The notes beneath the pieces are model-generated. The model searched no databases. It saw only the letters and a list, made by a program, of their open reading frames with translations, and was not told where the DNA came from. The position numbers were made by a program, and so were the translations under genes. Below, one piece after another: positions 9,973 through 20,800 of a stretch of DNA of 64,000 bases. Numbering within the stretch: position 1 is the stretch's first letter; the number at the start of each line of letters is the position of its first letter. Location of the stretch: NCBI GenBank assembly GCA_033764015.1, contig JANRJK010000013.1, positions 288,001-352,000 on the forward strand. Reading direction: 5' to 3'. This stretch comes from Candidatus Sumerlaeia bacterium (GTDB lineage: Bacteria; Sumerlaeota; Sumerlaeia; SLMS01; JANRJK01).

Positions 9973-11685
9973 ATGCGCCTCCGCAACGCCGCCGCCACCA
10001 CCGCCGCGCTCGCCGCCGCCGCACTCCTGCACGCCGGAGGGCCCGTCAAGGTCGCCGAACTCTCCGAACCGCTCGTCGTGCGCGAGACGCTGCTCACCGA
10101 AGGCGGCGACCTCTTCCTCCGCTTCGACGGCGGCGGACTCGCCGGCGCCGTGGGCGTGTTCCGCCAAGGCGCGCCCGACGCCATCGAGCTCATCGTGCAG
10201 GATCAGGACCCCCTCCCGACCGGTGGCGAAGTGCTCGGCTTCCCGCCCGGGCGCGTGATGGCGCCCCTCCTCAATGACGACGGCGTGCTGGTCAACGTCT
10301 CCTTCGATCCCGGCACCGGCACCGCGGGTCAAGGCGCCCTCGCATTCAGCAACTTCGGCGAGATCAAGGCGTTCCTCAACGGGGACACCGCCTTCGCGGA
10401 CTCCGCCCGCAAGCGCCTCCGGGCGAAGGCGGGCCGCGTCTCCGCGCGCGACACCTTCCAAGACCCGACGGCCTACGAGGTCGTCGGCGTCGCCGCCTCC
10501 TCTGACGGGACGCAGGGCGACGGTTTCTGGTGGAATAGCGCCGGCGGCACCGCGCTCCGCCCCGGCCTCAACCCGCCCCTCGCCGGTTCCCAGATCGAAC
10601 AGGACAACCGCACCTTCTCGATCCTGCCGCTGAGCGACGACCTCTCCTGGTTTTCGTTCATCCGCAACTACCAGGGCGTCGGCGCACCGAACGGCTCCGG
10701 CCCCGCCGGTGCCGCCTTGGACCTCGTGTCGCTCACCCGCGGGGGCACCCCCTCGCTCGAGCGCATCGGCCCGGGCGAGGCCATCGACGAGGCTTCGACG
10801 GTACGCGTTGTGCCGGACGGCTCCACCTCGTCGCTCTGGCCGACACCTCCCGTCTCCGTCGAGCCGCTCGGCCCGCAACTGGTGGGCGCGCTGAACTTCG
10901 TCCCGGTCGGAGCGCTTCCCGAGGTCGCCGCGGTCACGGTGGCCTCGTCCGCTTTCTTCGGGGCCTACGAGGCGGACGCGGCGTGCGACTGCGCGTTGGT
11001 CTGGTCGCTCGGGCTGCCGGCAGAGGAACTCCTCGCGCGCTTCACGCGCTGCTTCGCGGAACCGGTCAACTGCGACGGGGCGGACTACAACGGCGACGGG
11101 TTCACCAGCCTCGAAGACCTTCGCGTGCTGGACGCCTGCGTTCGCGAGGCGATCTCGAATGGCCCCGCCCGCGGGCAGGACCTTGATTCCCGACTCTCCA
11201 ACCCGGCCCTTGGCGCGGTCCTGTTTCTCCCGGGCCGCCCTGCGCCCCTGTTCCCCGGCTTTACAGTGACCGGGTTCAAGACGGTCGCCGCTGGCCACAA
11301 CATCTTGCTCGCGAGCGTCCTGGTAAGCAGCGGCGCGCAACAACGCGAGATCCTGTACATCGCCGACTCGCAGCGGCTGCGCCTCGTCGCTGTGACCGGG
11401 CAGAACTTCGGGGACGGCGAAATCACCGGCTTCGGCGACGGCACCGACGGGCAGTTCTCCAACATCCTCCCCGACGGCTCCTTCGCGTTCACCGCCCAGG
11501 TAGTTGGCACCGGCGCCTTCGTCTACCGGGTCAGCGGATCGCCGCTGCCGACCCTCTTGCCCGGGGAGATCGCCCGCTTCATCGCGGGCCGCGAGTCCTA
11601 CCGCTCCACGTCGAGTTACGACGTCTCCTCTCCGGCAGTCGTGGACGCCTCTGACGTGGTGGGATTAGTCGCGTCGGGACGGTAG
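9973..11685 (+). CDS. secreted hypothetical protein with dockerin/EF-hand-like motifs
   Basis: Signal peptide MRLRNAAATTAALAAAALLHA; internal ADYNGDGFTSLEDL; C-terminal YDVSSPAVVDASDVVGL. Confidence 0.65.
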   Translation: MRLRNAAATTAALAAAALLHAGGPVKVAELSEPLVVRETLLTEGGDLFLRFDGGGLAGAVGVFRQGAPDAIELIVQDQDPLPTGGEVLGFPPGRVMAPLLNDDGVLVNVSFDPGTGTAGQGALAFSNFGEIKAFLNGDTAFADSARKRLRAKAGRVSARDTFQDPTAYEVVGVAASSDGTQGDGFWWNSAGGTALRPGLNPPLAGSQIEQDNRTFSILPLSDDLSWFSFIRNYQGVGAPNGSGPAGAALDLVSLTRGGTPSLERIGPGEAIDEASTVRVVPDGSTSSLWPTPPVSVEPLGPQLVGALNFVPVGALPEVAAVTVASSAFFGAYEADAACDCALVWSLGLPAEELLARFTRCFAEPVNCDGADYNGDGFTSLEDLRVLDACVREAISNGPARGQDLDSRLSNPALGAVLFLPGRPAPLFPGFTVTGFKTVAAGHNILLASVLVSSGAQQREILYIADSQRLRLVAVTGQNFGDGEITGFGDGTDGQFSNILPDGSFAFTAQVVGTGAFVYRVSGSPLPTLLPGEIARFIAGRESYRSTSSYDVSSPAVVDASDVVGLVASGR

Positions 11686-11755
11686 ATGTGAAGAGGGCGG
11701 GAAGGTCTACCTTCCCGCCCAGCGGTTCGATCAGTCGTGAGTCCGGCGTAGCGGA

Positions 11756-14155
11756 TTACCCCCGCCGCTTCAACCTCGCCGCGTAGAACCCATCGGTCCC
11801 TTGCCGGTGCGGGTACAGGACGAGGTCGCCCTCGCGGTCCAGCACCTTCGCGGCGGTCTCGGCGCCGAGCGCCGCCGCCGCGCCTTCCGGGTCGCGCTCG
11901 AACCCGTCGTTGCGGGCGAGGAACGCCTCGATCTGCGCCTTGTTCTCGTCGTTGAAGAGCGAGCAGGTCGCATACACCAGCACGCCCCCCGGCTTCACCA
12001 GCGGCGCCCAGCGGTCCAGGAGGCCCGCCTGCGTACGGAGGAACTCGGGCAGGTCGTTCTGCTGCAGCCGCCACCGGCGGTCCGGCGAGCGCCGCAGCGT
12101 CCCGCTGCCGCTGCACGGGGCGTCGAGCAGCACAATGTCCGCCGAACCCGCCTCGCCGAACGGCTCGCTGGAGCCGAGCCGCTGCGGTTCGACGATGGTC
12201 ACCGCGGCGCGCTCGACGCGCTTGTGGAGCGCCGCGAGCCGCCGTTCGTCGATGTCGCAGGCCAGCACGGTGCCGGTGTTCTCCATGCGCTCCGCGAGGT
12301 ACAGCGTCTTGCCCCCCGCGCCCGCGCACGCATCCACCACGCGCATCCCGGGGGCCGCGCCGCAGAACAGCACCGCGAGCTGGCTCGCTTCGTCCTGGAA
12401 CTCGAACCAGCCCTCGTTGAAGTACGGCACGCTCGGCGTCGCCACGCGCCCCGGCAGGATGATGCCCTGCGGAGCGAGCGGCGCCGGCTGCGCGTCGATG
12501 CCCGCCTCGCGCAGCGAGGAGAGCGACAGCTCCAGGTCGGTCGCGAGCGAGTTGAACCGCAGCGTGATCGGCGCCGGCTCGTTGAGCGAGCGCCCGAGCG
12601 GCATCCACTCCGCCTTCGGCAGGCCGAAGCCCAGCATCCCCCACATCCAGCCGGGGAACGAGAACGTGCGGTCCGCCAGCGAAGGCGAATCGTTGTCGCC
12701 CAGCTCGCGCATCTTGTCCACCGCGCTCTCCAGCAGGTGGCCGAGCAGTTGCACGGAAACCTGCTCGTAGAAGCGGTCCTGCCCAAGGCGCTCGTACTCA
12801 ACCGCGACACGGCCGAGGTTGTTCGACGCCTCCTCCCGGAAGCGCTCCGCGGAGGCCAGGCCGAACCGCATCAGGTCCATCCAGCGTCCGATCACGCTCG
12901 GCTGCTCATCGCGCCCCGGCGTTGTCTCGTGCCAGCGCATCGCCGCCGACGGGTCGCTGACCGGGAACCCGATCTCGCGACGCTCCTCGGCGATGAACTT
13001 GCCGGTGAACGCCATCTGGATCGCTTCGTCGATCCGCCGGTGGTGGCGCATCAGGTGGTAGAACGTCTCCGCGATGAACCGCCGGTCGTGCGACCCCAGC
13101 GTGCGCCGCTCGAAGAAGAAGCTGCTCAGCGCGCGGTCCGCCGGCAGGTCGCCGTCGCGGACGCGCCGTAGCACCTGCGCGCCGTGGAACAGCAGCGACG
13201 CCTGGCTCGGACGCGAGCCGCCCTCCTCCGCGCGCGGATTCTCGGCGCCCTCGGGCGCTCCCTCGCGGCGCTCGAAGCGCGCGGGGCGGTCGCCGCCTCC
13301 GGGGTCCTCGGCCCGGCGGAAACCGAACTTCTGGAACGGCTTCCGGAACGGGCGCGATTCGCCCCCCTCCTCGCGGTGCCCGCGGAATTCGCGCGGCCTT
13401 TCGAAGCCCCCCGCATCGCTGCGGAACGGCTTCCTCGGAGCATACCCGCCCCGTTCGCCGCCGCGGTCGCCGCCGCCGAAGCGCGGACGCTCCCCGCGGT
13501 TGAACGGGCGCCGCTCGCCGTCGCCGCCCTCGGGACGGCGGAAGCCGCCACCCTCCGGCTTGCCGAACGGCTTGCGATAGGGACGCGGGCTGTCTCCGCC
13601 GCGGTCGCCGCCGCCGAAGCGCGGACGCTCCTCGCGGTTGAACGGGCGCCGCTCGCCGTCGCCGCCCTCGGGACGGCGGAAGCCGCCGCCCTCCGGCTTG
13701 CCGAACGGCTTGCGATAGGGACGCGGGCTGTCGCCGCCGCGGTCGCCGCCTCCGAAGCGGGGACGCTCCTCGCGGTTGAACGGGCGCCGCTCGCCGTCGC
13801 CACCCTCGGGACGGCGGAAGCCGCCACCCTCCGGCTTGCCGAACGGCTTGCGGAAGGGGGGGCGCGGGGCGTCGCCGCTGCTCGGGCCGCGACGCTCGCC
13901 GTCGAACTTGGAGCGGAACCGCGGCGGCCCCCCTTCGCGCCGATCACCGCCGCCGGCGGGGCGCTCTCCGCTCGCGGGACGCGTCTCGTCCTCGCGGCGC
14001 TTGAACGGATAGGGGCCGCGCGGGGCCTCGCCCTCGCGCTTGAAGGGGCGCTTGCCCCCTTCGCGGGCCTTGAAGCCGCCGAACTGCGGGCGCTTCTCGA
14101 ACTTGCGGAACGGCTTGCCGCCGGTGCGGCGTTCCTGGTCGTCGGACTCGGACAT
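11756..14155 (-). CDS. RsmB/NOP2-type m5C RNA methyltransferase with long low-complexity N-terminus
   Basis: FQDEASQL, VDACAGAGGKT, LLDAPCSGSG, VYATCS..EN, TDGFY; about 320-aa R/G/F/P/E-rich N-terminal extension. Confidence 0.9.
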   Translation of the reverse strand: MSESDDQERRTGGKPFRKFEKRPQFGGFKAREGGKRPFKREGEAPRGPYPFKRREDETRPASGERPAGGGDRREGGPPRFRSKFDGERRGPSSGDAPRPPFRKPFGKPEGGGFRRPEGGDGERRPFNREERPRFGGGDRGGDSPRPYRKPFGKPEGGGFRRPEGGDGERRPFNREERPRFGGGDRGGDSPRPYRKPFGKPEGGGFRRPEGGDGERRPFNRGERPRFGGGDRGGERGGYAPRKPFRSDAGGFERPREFRGHREEGGESRPFRKPFQKFGFRRAEDPGGGDRPARFERREGAPEGAENPRAEEGGSRPSQASLLFHGAQVLRRVRDGDLPADRALSSFFFERRTLGSHDRRFIAETFYHLMRHHRRIDEAIQMAFTGKFIAEERREIGFPVSDPSAAMRWHETTPGRDEQPSVIGRWMDLMRFGLASAERFREEASNNLGRVAVEYERLGQDRFYEQVSVQLLGHLLESAVDKMRELGDNDSPSLADRTFSFPGWMWGMLGFGLPKAEWMPLGRSLNEPAPITLRFNSLATDLELSLSSLREAGIDAQPAPLAPQGIILPGRVATPSVPYFNEGWFEFQDEASQLAVLFCGAAPGMRVVDACAGAGGKTLYLAERMENTGTVLACDIDERRLAALHKRVERAAVTIVEPQRLGSSEPFGEAGSADIVLLDAPCSGSGTLRRSPDRRWRLQQNDLPEFLRTQAGLLDRWAPLVKPGGVLVYATCSLFNDENKAQIEAFLARNDGFERDPEGAAAALGAETAAKVLDREGDLVLYPHRQGTDGFYAARLKRRG
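13457..13853. repeat. intragenic tandem repeat, 138-bp unit, about 3 copies
   Basis: tgccgaacggcttgcg recurs at 13561, 13699 and 13837 (138-bp period); encodes RKPFGKPEGGGFRRPEGGDGERRPFNREERPRFGGGDRGGDSPRPY. Confidence 0.92.
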
Positions 14156-14231
14156 GGTGCCTTGTGGCTTTCTTGCTGGGTGCGTTGTCGATGGTGGCAC
14201 CGGGCGGATCGTCAGCCCGCCGACGCGTTGT

Positions 14232-15506
14232 TCAGGTCACCGTCGCGGACGGTGCCATGGGGAATGCGCGCCAAGTTCCACCCGCCATAATGCGGTCAAG
14301 GCGCGCGGCCGCTTCGACGATATCTTCGAAGCGGCTATAGATCGGGGCGATGCCAAACCGGACTAGATCCGGCGCCCGGAAATCGGGAACGACGCCGCCA
14401 GCCACGAGCGCTTGGCAAATCTGCCAAGCCGACGGATGGGCGAGCGACAAGTGCGAGCCATGCCGCCCCCGCGGCGTCGCGACACGGAACCCGTGCGCGG
14501 CGAGCTGGCCCTCCGCCAGCTCGCGAAGCAAGTCGAGCTGCCGCCGCGCTTTCGCCCAGAGCCGCTCGACCCCCGCTTCGAGCACCAGCCGCGCGCCTTC
14601 CTCCGCGGCGACCGCTGACAGGATCGGCGTCGTGCCCGCCAAGAACGCCGAGGCGCCCGGCGCCGGAGCGTAATCCATCTCCATTGCGAACGGCGCCCGG
14701 TGGCCGAACCACCCCGCCACCGGGTTGCGCAGCTCGCCAGCCACGTCGCCGCGTAGATACAGGAATGCGGGAGCGCCGGGCCCGCCGTTCAAGTACTTGT
14801 ATGTGCAGCCCACCGCCGCCTCGACGCCGTCGCCTGCGCAGTCGATCGGCACCGCGCCCGCTGAATGCGAAAAGTCCCACACCACGCGCACGCCCTGCGC
14901 CCGGGCCGCCGCGTTCACCTGCGCGAGATCGAGCCGCAGGCCGCTCTTGAACGCCACGTGCGATAGCACCGCGACCGCGGGCCGCGCGGCGAACGCCTCG
15001 GCAAGCCGCGCCTCCGCCTCGTCCGGCGCCGCGCCGTCCAGCGACACGCGCTCGACCCGCCAGCCGCCGCCGAGCAGCCCCGCCACGCCCTGCGCGATGT
15101 AGTGGTCGGAAGGGAAGTTCGTCGTCTCGACCAGGATCGTCCGCCTCTCCGGCGGCGCCGCTTGGGCGAAGGCGCCGAGCAGCTTGAACAAGTTCACCGA
15201 CACCGAATCGCACAGGACCACTTCGTCCGCGCGGGCGCCGATCAGCTCCGCGACCACGGCGCCGGCGCGGCGCGAAAGCTCCCACCAGCCCGCATTCCAG
15301 CCGCCGATCAGGCGGGCGCCCCACTCGCCGCGCGCGACCTCCGCGAGGCGGTCCGCTGTGCGCTTCGGCAGCCGCCCCAGCGAGTTGCCGTCGAGGTACA
15401 CCAGCGACGGATCGTCGATCACGAACTCGTCGCGGAAGCGGGCCAGCTCGTCCGCCGCGTCCAGCTCCGCCGCGCGCTCGCGGTACGGCGAGAAGGCGTC
15501 GCTCAC
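14232..15506 (-). CDS. kynU: kynureninase
   Basis: YLDGNSLG, NFPSDHY, WDFSHSAGA, GCTYKYLNGGPG, GWFGH, DFRAPD. Confidence 0.95.
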   Translation of the reverse strand: MSDAFSPYRERAAELDAADELARFRDEFVIDDPSLVYLDGNSLGRLPKRTADRLAEVARGEWGARLIGGWNAGWWELSRRAGAVVAELIGARADEVVLCDSVSVNLFKLLGAFAQAAPPERRTILVETTNFPSDHYIAQGVAGLLGGGWRVERVSLDGAAPDEAEARLAEAFAARPAVAVLSHVAFKSGLRLDLAQVNAAARAQGVRVVWDFSHSAGAVPIDCAGDGVEAAVGCTYKYLNGGPGAPAFLYLRGDVAGELRNPVAGWFGHRAPFAMEMDYAPAPGASAFLAGTTPILSAVAAEEGARLVLEAGVERLWAKARRQLDLLRELAEGQLAAHGFRVATPRGRHGSHLSLAHPSAWQICQALVAGGVVPDFRAPDLVRFGIAPIYSRFEDIVEAAARLDRIMAGGTWRAFPMAPSATVT

Positions 15507-16159
15507 GGGGCGGAGAGCTCGCGGAGCACCGCGCGCACCGGGCTGGCGTCGAAGCCGACAAGCCGCAGCGGCAGTGCGATCAACTCGTAGTCGCCGACGG
15601 GAACGCCTTCCAGCACAAGCCCCTCGAGGTTCATCAGCCCGTGCGCCGCGAGGCGCCCATGGCTCAGCAGGGCGGCATCGTTAAGCGGATCGACCGAGGG
15701 CGTGTCGATGCCGACCAGCACTGCGCCGCGCGCCGCCAGCAGGTCGATCGCCTCGGGCGAGAAACTCGCGAAGTCGTCCGAGTACGGCGTGCCGGGCGCA
15801 TAGGTACCGGTGGCGACGAGCACGCGCGGCGGCATCGCGTCGAGGTGCGGGGCGAGCGCCTCCGCCGGAATGCGCCGCTGGGGGCCGAGCTGCTCGGGCG
15901 CCACGCGCACCACGCGCGCGGGACCAAGGAAGGCATCGAGCGGGCATTCGTCCATCGCCCGCCCGTCCGCGCGGTAATGCAGCGGCGCGTCCGCGTGCGC
16001 GCCGAGGTGAACGGTCGAGCGCAGGCTCGAAAGGTTCACCGTCGCGCCGGCGTCGATGCGGCAAAGCCACTGCTGCGAGGGCGCCTCGTCGCCGGGCCAG
16101 ACGGCGAACCCGGGCGCGATGGCCGGCGTGATGTCGTGCAGGCGGGACAGCGGGGTCAC
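15503..16159 (-). CDS. kynB: kynurenine formamidase (cyclase family)
   Basis: VWPGD, HLGAHADAPLH, GIDTPSVDP, DASPVRAVL; overlaps kynU. Confidence 0.9.
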   Translation of the reverse strand: MTPLSRLHDITPAIAPGFAVWPGDEAPSQQWLCRIDAGATVNLSSLRSTVHLGAHADAPLHYRADGRAMDECPLDAFLGPARVVRVAPEQLGPQRRIPAEALAPHLDAMPPRVLVATGTYAPGTPYSDDFASFSPEAIDLLAARGAVLVGIDTPSVDPLNDAALLSHGRLAAHGLMNLEGLVLEGVPVGDYELIALPLRLVGFDASPVRAVLRELSAP

Positions 16160-16176
16160 CTCGGGTGGCGGGGCAC

Positions 16177-16206
16177 AAAAACGGCCCCCTTTCGCAGGGG
16201 GCGCCG
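16177..16206 (-). terminator. probable rho-independent terminator after tRNA-Ser
   Basis: Minus strand reads cggcgccccctgcgaaagggggccgttttt: hairpin plus U-tract. Confidence 0.65.
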
Positions 16207-16228
16207 CCGGGAGCGGGGAAAATTGGGG

Positions 16229-16322
16229 TGGCGGAGAGAGGGGGATTCGAACCCCCGATACCGGAATTCACCAGTATAACGGTTTAGCAAACCGCCGCCT
16301 TCAGCCACTCGGCCATCTCTCC
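16229..16322 (-). tRNA. tRNA-Ser (GCT)
   Basis: Reverse complement GGAGAGATGGCCGAGTGGCTGAAGGCGGCGGTTTGCTAAACCG...GGTTCGAATCCCCCTCTCTCCGCCA; long variable arm, encoded CCA. Confidence 0.97.
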
Positions 16323-16337
16323 ACGCGGCAAGCGGGC

Positions 16338-16366
16338 ATTGACGGCCACGCCGCGGGGCGAGTCAA
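16338..16366 (-). promoter_or_regulatory. possible sigma70-type promoter of tRNA-Ser
   Basis: TTGACT-N17-GTCAAT just upstream of the tRNA; the -10 element is imperfect. Confidence 0.4.
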
Positions 16367-16437
16367 CCCATTGTTGGCGAAAATCGACGCCGAGCCGGGG
16401 GGCGCTCACGGCGCGGGGGTCGGGGTGGCCTGCGCCT

Positions 16438-17820
16438 CTAAACCCACTTCACCATCCCGGGGTATCCCTTAGGCTCAGCCACCTGTGGCAGCACCTTGCC
16501 GGGAGGTGGGTCAACGATCGGCGTTATCTGCGACCGCCGGACCAGTCCGTAAGCCACCGCCATGCGCGAAAACGGCGCTGCACTTTCAGGCCCCGCCCAT
16601 CGTCCAGTTGGGGGAACTGGAAGAGAACTTACGGAGTAACTTCCTTTGGCGGCAGGTTGGGCGTGCCAAGGCACTGAAAGTCTCTGCTTGAGCGTGTTGT
16701 TTCCACCTGCTCCCCCCAAGCAGAAGATGCGAGGTGGAGGGATGAAGTCTGGCGCCCAATGATCTAGATTCCAATTCTTCTTTGCCCTCAGATTTCCATA
16801 TGCTGCCTGCCAAAGCTGGTCCGAACTTCCCTTTAATTTCTGCAAGAGCAGATTAAATTCAACGTTTGCGGGCGAATTGTCACTCTGAAGCTGACCTTTA
16901 ATGAAGTCCTCTCTTCGATCCCAAGGCTTGGCAACATCTAGCGGTTGTAATGCCTTGATCTCTACAGACTTCATTCCGCATGGGATGCTCTCACTGCAGC
17001 ACTTAAACCCTTCCAATGTGCCGTTCGAACTGCGCCAGAGGGCAATGATCGAGATATCTGTGGTTGACGCTCCAATGTCGTAAATGCTATGAACTCCTAG
17101 GAAGTCCGATCCCTGCGCTGGCAAAGCGACTGGGCCCGCATTCAACTCTTCAGTATAGCTACAGAGGTGGGCCTCTGCCTCAGGAGACAGAAACCACCTT
17201 AACTGCTTATCTGAAAATGCAGTTTGGTTCCAAGCAATTTTCTCAAGATCCGAGTATGAGATGTTGCAGAAGCATGAGTTTGGATCGGTGAGGAGTGCCT
17301 GTCTAGACTCGGGTGACAAGAGTGTCTGAGCGACGACCAGTGCCTTCTGGAAGTGGTCCTTGAGGACGCCTGATCCGTACGGGTCACTCGGGAAACATAC
17401 GAAGTGATAGAAGTCAGCCGTCGCGAGCGACTCGTTCTGCCTCACAATATGTCGCCGCGCGATTTGGGCTACCGAGGCCAAGAAGAATCCACAAAAGACA
17501 TGGCGAGGGGTTTGAGGCAACCCAGCGTTGCCCAGCACCTTAGCATTGGAGTCATCAACTGCAACATCCAGAAACTGTGCGTCGACTTCCGAAGCGAGCC
17601 AGGACTTTAAGTATTCGAGAGGAGGCTGGTTCATCGGTCCCAGCGCAGAACGCGTTCGTGCGAATACTTGGCCGCCGCAAAGCTGCAGTAGGGAGGGGAA
17701 GTACCAGTCCTGATCGTGACAGAAAAAGACTGGTGACACCTGCGGGTTGGGACCAGGAACAAAGTAGCACACCTTGGTCCTGCTTGTTCCCCAATCGATT
17801 CCAATGATGCAGTTGGCCAT
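16438..17820 (-). CDS. Hsp70/actin-fold (ASKHA) ATPase-like protein without substrate-binding domain
   Basis: IGIDWGTSRTK (phosphate 1), PEAEA, YDIGASTTD (phosphate 2), LGGAG, MAVAYGL; GAGGGG RBS; lower GC. Confidence 0.75.
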   Translation of the reverse strand: MANCIIGIDWGTSRTKVCYFVPGPNPQVSPVFFCHDQDWYFPSLLQLCGGQVFARTRSALGPMNQPPLEYLKSWLASEVDAQFLDVAVDDSNAKVLGNAGLPQTPRHVFCGFFLASVAQIARRHIVRQNESLATADFYHFVCFPSDPYGSGVLKDHFQKALVVAQTLLSPESRQALLTDPNSCFCNISYSDLEKIAWNQTAFSDKQLRWFLSPEAEAHLCSYTEELNAGPVALPAQGSDFLGVHSIYDIGASTTDISIIALWRSSNGTLEGFKCCSESIPCGMKSVEIKALQPLDVAKPWDRREDFIKGQLQSDNSPANVEFNLLLQKLKGSSDQLWQAAYGNLRAKKNWNLDHWAPDFIPPPRIFCLGGAGGNNTLKQRLSVPWHAQPAAKGSYSVSSLPVPPTGRWAGPESAAPFSRMAVAYGLVRRSQITPIVDPPPGKVLPQVAEPKGYPGMVKWV

Positions 17821-17842
17821 GGCCGGCTTTCCCCTCTAGGCG

Positions 17843-20800
17843 TTAGCTGCGGATTAGAAGCAATCCATCAGCAAAGTTAGGATCGAATTCCTGAGTGACG
17901 ACGGCGCCGTCTAGCTCGCCCAATTGAATCGTCAAGCGCTTCTGCGCATTCTCGATTCGCGTTTCGATGCCTTTGATGTAAGGATCGGATGCACCTAATG
18001 GTAATTTGGCTTGCCTTTTTTCAATCTGCGCAATAGCAGCGGCTCGTGTTCGTTCAAAGGCGGCCAGCAGCGACCCCTTCCGAGTGTCCCGGAGGTGGTC
18101 ATTGCTAGCCTTAGCGCTGGAGTGCAAGGTGCCAACCCTGGAGTATATGGCCGTAGTTGCCATTTCCTTCATTCCTTGAAGGGTTTCAGACGGCAAGGTA
18201 ATATCAACAGAAGGCGTCGCGCCCTTTTCCACCATCAAGGCCAACAGCCCCTCGCAAACATCCGGTGGCAATTCATGGTGTTCTCTCGAAACAAACAATG
18301 AGACGAGAGAGGATGTGTTCCGGACGCCTCCGAAAGTCAACACAATTACTTTGAAATAGTAGATCCCTACTTCAACATCAAGGTGAGCGGCTGCCACAAC
18401 GTCCCGATGCATTTCCACCTGAAAGTACTGTAGCCAATCACTAGATGAAGACTTCTGGAGCAACTCCTTCCCAGCGAGACGGACCAACGGGTGCAGCGCG
18501 GTGATGAACGGAATGGTCGGATTGTCGAAGGCACGCTGCTGATCAAGGGTGGCGTGTACAGTATTTCCGGTCTGAAGAAAGGCCGTTATCCCGTGAACAG
18601 TCAGGCCGCTTTGCTCTTGAAACAACCGAAGGCGCTCGGGTAGTGAGCTCCCAACCTTCAGCGTTACTGCCCTTGGATTCTGGCTATTTTGCCTGATGCT
18701 TGAGCCGTCCTGCAGTGATTCCTCGAAGTAAATACGAAGGTAGGCGATCAGCTGCCCAGAAGTAATAAAGCGCCGGTTCCTTTGAGCCTGTGCCACGGCA
18801 ACGTCATAGATCGTGTCCGAAATGAAGAGCGAATCTACCTGAGTGTCGAGCAGGCTGGCATCGTCCGTCTTTTGGTCTATGAGATTTTCGACGTTCTCAT
18901 AGATGCCTTCGAGCTGAACTGCAGGGTCTGCGCCCTCAGGCGCCATTGAGAGAGCTTGCATCTCCGCATCATCTAGGAGTTCGCCAAGTATTGGTTCCAG
19001 TGCGCCGATCGACCCCTCAAAAACGTGTAGCTTGTCATACAAGCGCCGGAGGATGACCTCCTCAATTGTTCCCTTGACCCAGAAATTGAAAATCGAAATG
19101 GACTTGTGCTGCTGTCCAATACGATCTAGGCGGCCAATACGTTGTTCGATCACCATCGGGTTCCATGGCAGATCGTAGTTTACGAGAGCCCCACAAAACT
19201 GAAAGTCGAGACCCTCGGTACCCACCGAAGAAGACAGCAGTACCGCTTTTCCCTCGCACTGTCTGAACTGTTGAATAATGGTGGGCCGCTCTTCAGGTGT
19301 CAACTCTCCGGTAATGAGGTATGTCGTGATGCCAAAGTCATTGAGCCGCTTCTCAAGGTATCGCAAGGTGCCCCGGAAGAACGAGAAGAGCAGCATCTTG
19401 TCGTTCGTGCCACTCAGTAGTTCTCTCAAGCGGCTTAGCTTCGCGTCGTGGGGGTGCGCTTCCCACTCCGCAGCTGCTTTAGTTAGCTCAGCCCTTGCGT
19501 CAAGCAACAGCTTGGTAAATATGTTTGGCGGAGCTTGCAGAGGGTGGAAGCTAGGCGGGGCATCTTGATTGGGGTTGTCGGAGTCTTCTTCCACTTCTAC
19601 GCTTTGCTTCGTTGCATGGGCCACCATCAATGAATGGATGTGATCGATGCATGCCGGGAGGCAGGATGATGCCATACGCTGACGCATCAGCGATGCCCAA
19701 TGATGTGCACTTCCGCTCTTTCCCCCTGGCGTAACCGAGGCACTCAGGCCGTTGAAGCGAACAAATGCTTGATAGAGCTTCATTTCCGCCGGTGAAAAGT
19801 CGCACAATAGCGGGATAGGGTTTCGTGTCGATGAACCCGCGTTGCCGGAGGGGATGGAGCTACGTTTAGTCCGTGACATCAGATGTCCGATAAGATTCAT
19901 GTGGTCGAGCTCTTGACGCACTTCATCAAGGTGGTCTTGTATGTACGTTGCTGAGCTGGATAGCTTGTTGATGAGCGAATGAAGCCGCTTGTTTGCCTCA
20001 TGCCATTTCATTCCGGCGGCAGAGTGTAGATATTGTAGCACCTGTTCCTGGCTGCTGGGAGTCAAGGGGTTTAGTTTAGCTTGGGCGAGAACGATAGGTC
20101 TGTTGGCCGCGAATCGTGCCTGTGCGGTCTGTTCGTCTTTGAATTCTTCCTCGTCGAGTAGATTTAGGAGTGAAAAGAGATCGCCTAGCCCGTTCTGCAC
20201 AGGAGTTGCTGTTAGCAGTATCAAGTGCGAACATAGGTCTCGAAACAATCTTCCCATTTGATTGGTGGCTGTATTCTTGTTCCTCATATGGTGCGCCTCG
20301 TCGATGATGATCAGGTCGACGTGGGGCCAGACTTCGAGGAAGCGTTCCCGCATCGAGTCTGTACGAACAGTGTGAAAGGTGGAAATCGCATGTAGTGGTG
20401 CCACGTGGCCTTCTTCGACCTTGTTAAGCCATTGATGAAGTCGGCCGGATTCGTGGTGCTCGAAAAGGTGTTCGTTGAAGCGGGATCGCAACTCGAGCTG
20501 CCATTTTCCCGTGAGTGATGGTGGGCACAAGATGAGAACGCGATTGAGCCGCGTGCGGGCTCGCAACTCGGTGAGGATCAGTCCAGCCTCGATCGTCTTT
20601 CCAAGGCCGACCTCATCGGCGATAAGGATGCGGTGCTTTGGTGATTCCAAGAACTTCAGAACAGGCTTGATCTGGTGCGGCATTAGCAAGGTGCGAGATG
20701 CGCCAAAGGAATATAGCGTGTTGCTCAACGGCCTATCCGGTCGAAGCCGCTCGCTCGTGATACGCGACTGGAATTGGGCCCACCCGCCAACCGCATCTTG

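Noticed and set aside
13457..13853. Repeats as a CRISPR array
   Set aside because: They are contiguous in-frame 138-bp coding repeats with no unique spacers, and there are no cas genes.
16438..17820. dnaK or ftsA/mreB assignment
   Set aside because: Only the ATPase motifs match. There is no substrate-binding domain and no chaperone or cell-division context.
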